Assembly (NCBI GenBank): GCA_902496665.1
Contig: CABVBU010000006.1
Location: 3,210 to 67,209, forward strand
Source: an uncultured Clostridium sp.
GTDB taxonomy: Bacteria; Bacillota; Clostridia; Lachnospirales; Lachnospiraceae
Direction of reading: 5' to 3'
Length of the DNA stretch: 64,000 nt
Of this stretch, positions 57,892-64,000 are shown piece by piece. Under the pieces are notes generated by a model. The model saw only the letters and a list, made by a program, of their open reading frames with translations, searched no databases and was not told where the DNA came from. The first letter of the stretch is position 1; every line of letters starts with the position of its first letter. Position numbers and translations under genes: made by a program.

Positions 57892-58620
57892 ATGAAAAAA
57901 ACAGTTCTCGTCACTGGCTCGTCCCGCGGGATCGGGCGGGCGGTGGCTTTAAAATTTGCTTCCTGCGGATACCATGTCGTGATCAACTGTGCCAGAAGCA
58001 CAGATCGGTTGGAAGAAGTGAAAAAAGAAGTTGAGGCGCTGGGCGCAGAGTGCCTGGCGGTACAGGCGGATGTCGGATGTTCGAATGACTGCCAGCGGCT
58101 TTTTAAGGAAATCGAATCCCGCTTCGGCCATGTGGATGTCCTCGTAAACAACGCCGGGATCTCCATCATCGGCCTCTTACAGGACTTAAGCTTTGAGGAT
58201 TGGAACCGGATCCTCTCCGCGAACCTGTCCTCCGTCTTCCACTGCGCGAAGCTCGCGATCCCAGGCATGATCCACTGTCACAGCGGAAAGATCATCAATA
58301 TCTCCTCCGTCTGGGGCGTCTGCGGTGCCTCCTGCGAGGCAGCCTACTCCGCCACAAAAGGCGGCGTCAACGGTCTCACCATGGCCCTCGCCAAGGAACT
58401 CGCCCCCTCCGGCATTCAGGTGAACGCCATCGCCTGCGGAGCCATTGATACGGAGATGAATGGATTTTTATCTGAGGAGGAGCATGAGATGCTCTTGGAC
58501 GAGATTCCCGCCGGCCGCATGGGAAAGCCGGAGGAAGTCGCAGACCTCGTCATGAAACTCGTAGAAGCACCGGACTACTTGACCGGTCAGATCATAAAAA
58601 TGGATGGTGGCTGGATCTGA
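57892..58620 (+). CDS. SDR family oxidoreductase (FabG-like)
   Basis: TGSSRGIG cofactor motif and the catalytic YSATKGG; 242 aa. Confidence 0.88.
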   Translation: MKKTVLVTGSSRGIGRAVALKFASCGYHVVINCARSTDRLEEVKKEVEALGAECLAVQADVGCSNDCQRLFKEIESRFGHVDVLVNNAGISIIGLLQDLSFEDWNRILSANLSSVFHCAKLAIPGMIHCHSGKIINISSVWGVCGASCEAAYSATKGGVNGLTMALAKELAPSGIQVNAIACGAIDTEMNGFLSEEEHEMLLDEIPAGRMGKPEEVADLVMKLVEAPDYLTGQIIKMDGGWI

Positions 58621-58643
58621 TCCGGCCACCATTTCTTTCTGCT

Positions 58644-59468
58644 TTAAAAGCGCAGACAATCCTGCAGATAACGCGCATGCGCCTGAAGCGCAGCAATAAT
58701 CTCCTGTCTTCTCTTCTTTATCATCGGACTCATTCCCGTCAGGCTCACACTTCCAAACAATTCATTATGATATCGATTAAAGATCGGCACTGCCAGCGCT
58801 GATACTCCGGTAAAAAGAGCGTCGTATTCTTCAGAATATCCATTTTTACGGATCCGGTATAACTCCACGTCAAAATTCTTCTGCCTATCCTCGAAAGACT
58901 TCTGAAACGGTGTCATCGGCATTCTTTCCAGATATTCCGCTCTTTCTTTTTCCGATAAATATGCCAACAGAATCTTTCCGCTTGCAGAATCATACAGAGA
59001 TATCTGTGGTGACACACGCTGGACAATAAAAGGGCAGTTTGTCGGTTCAGTTGTGTCAATCACTCTCAATTGCTTTTCGTCCATTGCAAACATGGTTCCG
59101 TTTAACTGGAACTGATTACTTAACGCCAGCAGTCTGTCATGGCCCCGGTCAATGCACATGCTCTGGCGCGTCCCGGCAGCGAGACAGGCTTTGTTAAACA
59201 GCGCCGCCCCCAGCATGTACTGCCCATTTCCATTCTGGCTGATATAGCCATTCTGGTAAAGCGTACTCAGGATCCCATGGACTGTACCTTTGTTCAAATT
59301 GAGCTGATTGCTGATCTGCCCCAGCGTCAGGGCAGAATTTGTCATCGTAAAGCAGTTCAGTATGTTGATCGCACGCTGAACCGACTGGATCTGACGTTCC
59401 GTAGCCTTTGTATTTTTTTCCGTAACATTTTTCGATTCATCCAATGGCAAAATACATCCCCCTGTCAA
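58644..59468 (-). CDS. IclR family transcriptional regulator
   Basis: N-terminal wHTH (SVQRAINILNCF...LTLGQISNQLNLNKGTVHGIL) and an IclR effector domain. The start is uncertain: TTG at 59468, or TTG at about 59450. Confidence 0.82.
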   Translation of the reverse strand: MTGGCILPLDESKNVTEKNTKATERQIQSVQRAINILNCFTMTNSALTLGQISNQLNLNKGTVHGILSTLYQNGYISQNGNGQYMLGAALFNKACLAAGTRQSMCIDRGHDRLLALSNQFQLNGTMFAMDEKQLRVIDTTEPTNCPFIVQRVSPQISLYDSASGKILLAYLSEKERAEYLERMPMTPFQKSFEDRQKNFDVELYRIRKNGYSEEYDALFTGVSALAVPIFNRYHNELFGSVSLTGMSPMIKKRRQEIIAALQAHARYLQDCLRF

Positions 59469-59617
59469 ATAGAGTTTGATATTGTCAAAAGCACGTTGGT
59501 AATTATTGTCATTTTAACATTCCTATGCTATATTGTCAACACAGTTACAAAAGTTCAATTTTTTCGGCCGAATAAATAGAACATTCATATCGCTCAACTA
59601 AAAAAGGAGGAAAACGC

Positions 59618-60859
59618 ATGGTGAATTCCAATAATGTCACTCGTAAATTTACTATGAAAGAAAAACTTGCTTCCCTTGGTCCCGGCTTCGTGATCGTGGG
59701 ATCATTCATCGGTCCCGGAACCGTAACAAGCTGTACGCTGGCAGGTGCAACTTACGGTTTCACACTTTTCTGGTGTGTTGTCTTTTCCGTTATCGCAGTT
59801 ATCGTCATGCAGGGCATGGCAGCAAGGATCGGTATCATCACTCAGGAAGGTCTTGCAGAAAACATGAAGCATGACTTTGCTGACCGTCCGCTTCTTCGAA
59901 ACATTTTATGTGGTCTTGTCATCATTGCGATCACCATCGGCGGACTCGCATATATGGGCGGCGACCTTACCGGAACGGCAATGGGAGCCAGTGCACTGAC
60001 CGGTGTTCCGACAAGAATCATGGCTCCGGTCTTAGGAGTTATCGTTCTGATCGTTCTCCTCTTTGTCGGTGATGCCGTGAAATATCTGGAAAAGCTTTTA
60101 AGTGTATGTGTCACTTTAATGGCAATCGTCTTTCTTATGACAATGCTCATTGTTCGTCCTGATTTCGGCGAACTGCTCCGCGGCTGCATCCCGACAGTCC
60201 CGAAGGGCGGACTGATGACATGTCTTTCCCTCATTGGAACGACCGTTGTTCCGTACAACATGTTCCTGCATGCTGCAAGCGCCCAAAGAACATGGCATAC
60301 AAAGGAAGAACTTCCGCTCTGTATGTTTGGCACAACCGTACCGATGATCATCGGCGGTGTTATCACAGGTTCCATTATGATCACATCAGCAGTGGTTATG
60401 CGCGGCATGAGCGTTAACAACGCAATGGATATGGCTGTACAGCTTGAAGGTACACTCGGACGTTTCGCTCAGCCTTTCATGGCATTAGGACTTCTCTCCG
60501 CAGGTATTTCCAGCGCTCTCTGCTCTCCGATCAGTGTCTCTTACGTATTAGCCGGACTTTTTGACTGGAAGACAGATGGCTCCGATAAACGTTTCTTAGG
60601 AACAAGCGCAATCATTCTGATCGTCGGAATTATTATTTCCGCAATTGGCACCAACCCGTTAGCACTGATCATGACTGCTCAGGCTGTAAATGGAATCGCA
60701 CTCCCGGTCGTTGTAGGTGTTACTCTTTACCTTGCAAGCCGTCAGAGAATTATGGGTGAATATAAGAACTCCATGCTCCAAAACATTATCGGCCTGATGA
60801 TCTTTGCGATCTCACTGATCCTTGGTATTTCAAGTTTTATCGGTGTTTTTGCCGGTTAA
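59618..60859 (+). CDS. Nramp-family-fold transporter lacking the canonical metal-binding residues
   Basis: 413-aa ORF that can be aligned by eye with MntH. Its TM1 motif is FIGPGTVTS where MntH has YIDPGNFAT, and its TM6 motif is GTTVVPYNMFLHA where MntH has GATIMPHVIYLHS. AAGGAGG RBS. Confidence 0.85.
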   Translation: MVNSNNVTRKFTMKEKLASLGPGFVIVGSFIGPGTVTSCTLAGATYGFTLFWCVVFSVIAVIVMQGMAARIGIITQEGLAENMKHDFADRPLLRNILCGLVIIAITIGGLAYMGGDLTGTAMGASALTGVPTRIMAPVLGVIVLIVLLFVGDAVKYLEKLLSVCVTLMAIVFLMTMLIVRPDFGELLRGCIPTVPKGGLMTCLSLIGTTVVPYNMFLHAASAQRTWHTKEELPLCMFGTTVPMIIGGVITGSIMITSAVVMRGMSVNNAMDMAVQLEGTLGRFAQPFMALGLLSAGISSALCSPISVSYVLAGLFDWKTDGSDKRFLGTSAIILIVGIIISAIGTNPLALIMTAQAVNGIALPVVVGVTLYLASRQRIMGEYKNSMLQNIIGLMIFAISLILGISSFIGVFAG

Positions 60860-60898
60860 AGCATTAACACATACATACACATGAGAAGAGGTGAACAT

Positions 60899-61837
60899 AT
60901 GCTGGAGGAAGTTGCGAGAGATGCCTGGGAGTATGGACGAAAATTCCTGCTGCAGGGAAAGGTCGCAGATTACATACCTGAGCTTGGGAAAGCAAATCCA
61001 GTACATTTTGGACTATGTATTAAAACAGAAGATGGCCGTCATATCGAATTTGGTGATTCCGAATGCCGCTTTACTATACAGAGTATCTGTAAAATCGTTT
61101 CCCTCGCAGCAGCACTGCAATATATCGGTGAAGAAAAGGTCTTTAAGAATGTGATGATGGAACCATCCGGGGATGCGTTCAATTCAATCTTAAAGCTTGA
61201 CACAGCGAGCAACCGCCCGTTCAATCCGATGATCAACGCTGGAGCCATTGAAGTTGTAAGCCTTCTGGCCGGGCGCTTCTCTTTCGAACAGATGCTGGAA
61301 TTTATCCGCACCTTATGTAATGACAATGAGATCATTCTGGATGAGTCCGTTTATCGCTCTGAAAAGGCAACCGGTGACAGAAACCGGGCGATCGGATATC
61401 TGTTAAAGAGCAAGGGTGTGTTAAAGGGGGATGTTCTCCAGACGCTGGATCTCTACTTTAAGCTCTGTTCCTTGAGTGTAAATGCAAGATCATTATCAGA
61501 ATTAGGCCTTCTTCTTGCAAACGGAGGTATTTCCACAACTACCGGAAAACGCCTTCTCGACAAAAAAGTCGTCCGAACATTAAAAACCCTTATGCTGACC
61601 TGCGGCATGTACGACCGTTCCGGGGAATTTGCCGTCCGCGTGGGGATCCCCTCAAAAAGCGGTGTCGGAGGCGGGATCCTCTCCTGTGTGGGAGGCCGCA
61701 TGGGAATTGGAATCTACGGACCGGCACTCGACGAAAAAGGCAACAGCATCGGTGGCGGATATACACTGGAATATCTTTCTGAACATTTGAACCTTCACAT
61801 CCTCGATTCCGCCGATACAAAAGAGACACAAAATTAA
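60899..61837 (+). CDS. glsA: Glutaminase A
   Basis: Serine-dependent glutaminase motifs (QSICKI S-x-x-K; PSKSGVGGG). Start at MLEEVARD (AGAGG RBS). Confidence 0.92.
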   Translation: MLEEVARDAWEYGRKFLLQGKVADYIPELGKANPVHFGLCIKTEDGRHIEFGDSECRFTIQSICKIVSLAAALQYIGEEKVFKNVMMEPSGDAFNSILKLDTASNRPFNPMINAGAIEVVSLLAGRFSFEQMLEFIRTLCNDNEIILDESVYRSEKATGDRNRAIGYLLKSKGVLKGDVLQTLDLYFKLCSLSVNARSLSELGLLLANGGISTTTGKRLLDKKVVRTLKTLMLTCGMYDRSGEFAVRVGIPSKSGVGGGILSCVGGRMGIGIYGPALDEKGNSIGGGYTLEYLSEHLNLHILDSADTKETQN

Positions 61838-61950
61838 GTCTTTCAATACGACATATGACAGTTTTCATATAACTGCTGACTGCTTCACAACTACAAGAAA
61901 AAAATCGCCCTCGACAATAGGGCAACCGAACAAAGAAAGGAAATGACATT

Positions 61951-62943
61951 ATGAAAAACAGCAAACCAACCATTTATGATCCGGCGTTTTTACCAAACAA
62001 CATTTACAGCGGAGTTCCGTCCTGGCTGAATCTGCCGGTTCTCGAAAATGAAAGTGAACTTTCCTCCATGGATGCCGTTGTCACTGGTGTACCGTGGGAA
62101 GGAGGATGCACGATCGGCGGATACTCTTCCTGTACAGAAGGACCGAAAGCAATCCGTTCTGTATCGATCCGCTATACCGGCTATCTTCCGGACTTTGACC
62201 TTGATGCATTCGATTACTTAAAAGTCGGTGATTTCGGCGATGTCGCATGCAGAAACGGTGATTATCCGCTCACCTTTGCAGCGATCAGAGAAAGAATCGG
62301 CCAGATTGAAGAGGCAGGCGCTCTCCCGATCACATTCGGCGGCGATCATGGAATTGCATATCCGATCATCAGTGAGATTGCAAAACGTCATCCAAAGAGA
62401 GTCGGCGTTCTCCATATTGATGCCCATCTTGACAATTACTCCATCTTTGGTGATGATGAATATTCCCGTTGCTCTCCGTTCTATCAGCTTTACAATGATC
62501 CGAATATGGATTCCACAAAAATCGTACACATCGGTATCCGCGGACCGCGTAACCATAAAGAGGAATTTGCAAACGCGAAAAAATACGGTGCGACTGTGAT
62601 TCTCGCAAGAGAGATCAAAGAAAACGGCTGGAAAGAATCCATCCGAAAAGCAATTGAGATCGCCTCAAAAGATACCGATCTGATGTACATCACCGTTTGT
62701 TCAGACTGCCTTGACGCAGCGAGCATGCCGCAGGGGCCGCAGGATATGTGTGGCTTAACATCTTATGAATTATGCATGATGCTTCACGAAGCTGGACTCG
62801 CAGGTGCAAAGGGCATGGATTTCGTGGAGATCTATCCAGATACTCTGAGCTACCAGACCGCTGCACACGATGCATGCTGGGCAACCCTCTATTATCTGAA
62901 TGGACTTGCAGAGAGAAAGAAAAACGAGAGCGAACAGAAATAG
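61951..62943 (+). CDS. Ureohydrolase family protein (agmatinase/guanidino-acid hydrolase/formimidoylglutamase-like)
   Basis: Mn-ligand motifs GGDHGI, DAHLD and SDCLD are present; 330 aa. Confidence 0.88.
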   Translation: MKNSKPTIYDPAFLPNNIYSGVPSWLNLPVLENESELSSMDAVVTGVPWEGGCTIGGYSSCTEGPKAIRSVSIRYTGYLPDFDLDAFDYLKVGDFGDVACRNGDYPLTFAAIRERIGQIEEAGALPITFGGDHGIAYPIISEIAKRHPKRVGVLHIDAHLDNYSIFGDDEYSRCSPFYQLYNDPNMDSTKIVHIGIRGPRNHKEEFANAKKYGATVILAREIKENGWKESIRKAIEIASKDTDLMYITVCSDCLDAASMPQGPQDMCGLTSYELCMMLHEAGLAGAKGMDFVEIYPDTLSYQTAAHDACWATLYYLNGLAERKKNESEQK

Positions 62944-62955
62944 CTTCTGAAAGAC

Positions 62956-62996
62956 GCAGCAGTTCAGCCAATCCGTGGTCGGACTGCTGCTTTTTT
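62956..62996 (+). terminator. Intrinsic terminator after the ureohydrolase gene
   Basis: GCAGCAGT (62956-62963) pairs with ACTGCTGC (62983-62990), followed by TTTTTT. Confidence 0.8.
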
Positions 62997-63073
62997 ATAA
63001 AAAGAAACAAAAAATCAATTTTCTTACCGGTCTGTAGCAGCCGGGACTTTGTACACATGAAGGAGGAAACCAT

Positions 63074-63544
63074 ATGAAGACAATTTACGATGTACCGATC
63101 ATTTTGAGAAGAGAAATTGAAGCGCTTATGGTCAAGCCATTTATCGATGCGTTTGAAAAGGAACTCGGACATGAAAAAACATATGAGATCGTAAAAAAAG
63201 TCATCTACGACATCGCCTTTAAAGAAGGTCAGGAATATGCGGAGCTCTTCGGAAGAAATGACCTGCAGGCGATCCGTATGCAGATGGAACCCTGGTCATC
63301 GAACGGTGCCTTAAACCTTGCATGGAGTGGAGACGGAGAAAAACATCTTTGTGAAGATGTTCTGGAATGTCAGTATGTTGCCATGTATGAACGTATCGGT
63401 ATGAAGGATCTCGGAGCTGTCTTATCCTGCGGACGCGATGAACCGTTTTATAAAGGCATGAATTCCAAGATCAAAATGACAAGAACAAGAACTCTGATGC
63501 AGGACGGTAAATGCTGTGATTTTGTATTTGATCTGGAGGAATAG
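63074..63544 (+). CDS. L-2-amino-thiazoline-4-carboxylate (ATC) hydrolase-like family protein (PF14196-like), function unknown
   Basis: 156-aa ORF with an AAGGAGG RBS and a C-terminal Cys-rich motif (GKCCDFVF), as I recall for this family. Confidence 0.55.
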   Translation: MKTIYDVPIILRREIEALMVKPFIDAFEKELGHEKTYEIVKKVIYDIAFKEGQEYAELFGRNDLQAIRMQMEPWSSNGALNLAWSGDGEKHLCEDVLECQYVAMYERIGMKDLGAVLSCGRDEPFYKGMNSKIKMTRTRTLMQDGKCCDFVFDLEE

Positions 63545-63734
63545 CTGTGGACGTTCTGAAATTCGTAAAAGCGAAATGACATCATATACCCCCATTCCTT
63601 GCCGGGGAAATTTTCAGAATTCCATGACAGTTAAAAAGTGGGACTACTTCACCGACGCTTTGCTCGCCGGACAGCAATCCCACTTTTTATTTATTGATTT
63701 CTCTGTATATGATTTTTATTATTTTTGCGAAATA

Positions 63735-64000
63735 TCAGGCGTTCTTTTCCTTCTCTTCTCTCTCCTCACGTTCCCGCTCTGCCTGGGACTTTCTCAGATA
63801 GTCCGGCTTATGCTCCATGGCGGTCTCTGTCTTTCCTTCCGCGAAGTAGACAGCGCCCAGAGCGGCCACAGAAGCGGCTCTCTGGCGGTTTACATGGGCC
63901 GGGGCAAGATCGTAAGGCACAGTCATTTTCTCCGCGATCTGCTTCTCGTAGACCGGCACACCGTCACCTAAGAAGATCACGCGCTCTCCCATTCCATTTA
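63735..64000 (-). CDS. tsaB: tRNA threonylcarbamoyladenosine biosynthesis protein TsaB, C-terminal part; the gene continues beyond the window
   Basis: The C-terminal region (..GDGVPVY...PAHVNRQRAASVAALG...PDYLRKSQAERE) is typical of TsaB/YeaZ. The frame is open to the window edge. Confidence 0.75.
   Translation of the reverse strand, partial: NGMGERVIFLGDGVPVYEKQIAEKMTVPYDLAPAHVNRQRAASVAALGAVYFAEGKTETAMEHKPDYLRKSQAEREREEREEKEKNA

Noticed and set aside
10599-60420. Numerous long antisense or alternative-frame ORFs: 10599-11153, 13147-13830, 17399-17986, 28799-29473, 35679-36239, 37696-38208, 48445-49096, 52310-52909, 53643-54143, 55167-56281 and 59842-60420.
   Set aside because: Each overlaps a gene with clear family motifs and an RBS on the other strand or in another frame. 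They are typical shadow ORFs of codon-biased genes, and none has an SD or recognisable motifs.
1-64000. Searched for CRISPR arrays, tRNA/rRNA genes, IS elements, integrases, prophage or defence-system genes (nucleases, ATPases, reverse transcriptases, toxin-antitoxin pairs).
   Set aside because: I recognised none. There are no regularly spaced direct repeats, no cloverleaf candidates, no transposase- or recombinase-like ORFs, and every large ORF has a plausible metabolic, transport, regulatory or housekeeping assignment.

Overview
Chromosomal segment from a butyrate-producing Firmicute; the Clostridia/Lachnospiraceae-like assignment is inferred from gene content, RBS style and terminator style. 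I support about 57 protein-coding genes. I found no rRNA, tRNA, CRISPR array, transposase, integrase or phage genes, so this looks like core and accessory metabolism rather than a mobile island.

Gene content, left to right:
- Folate and arginine: fchA-folD, and argG with ARG-box-like operators.
- A GntR-linked operon encoding a solute symporter and a cytoplasmic gamma-glutamyltransferase.
- NhaC and AEC transporters.
- The complete acetyl-CoA to butyrate pathway: thl-crt-hbd, then bcd-etfB-etfA, with a divergent butyryl-CoA:acetate CoA-transferase.
- gltS downstream of a GlnK/GlnL-type two-component system.
- An aminotransferase, then gtrA-yfhO-argH.
- MATE and BCCT transporters, and two secreted cell-wall-binding-repeat proteins.
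- prfB-secA diverging from hpf.
- Serine dehydratase (sdaAB/sdaAA), an NlpC/P60 hydrolase, trxB and aconitase.
- Two tandem LysR regulators, followed by an RraA-like gene, a permease and a lactonase.
- An SDR, then an IclR-linked module of an atypical Nramp, glutaminase and a ureohydrolase.
- An ATC-hydrolase-like gene and a partial tsaB.

Most notable observations:
1. A dense DnaA-box cluster lies in the 866-bp non-coding secA/hpf spacer.
2. An Nramp-fold transporter has its canonical metal ligands replaced and is coupled to glutaminase.
3. An unassigned, GC-rich, highly structured leader of about 225 nt precedes the lactonase-permease operon.
4. A TTTTGT-N4-TTTTGT repeat lies upstream of gltS, next to the GlnKL-like system.

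Motif coordinates were indexed by hand and may be off by 1-2 nt. Protein family calls rest on motif recognition, not on database searches.
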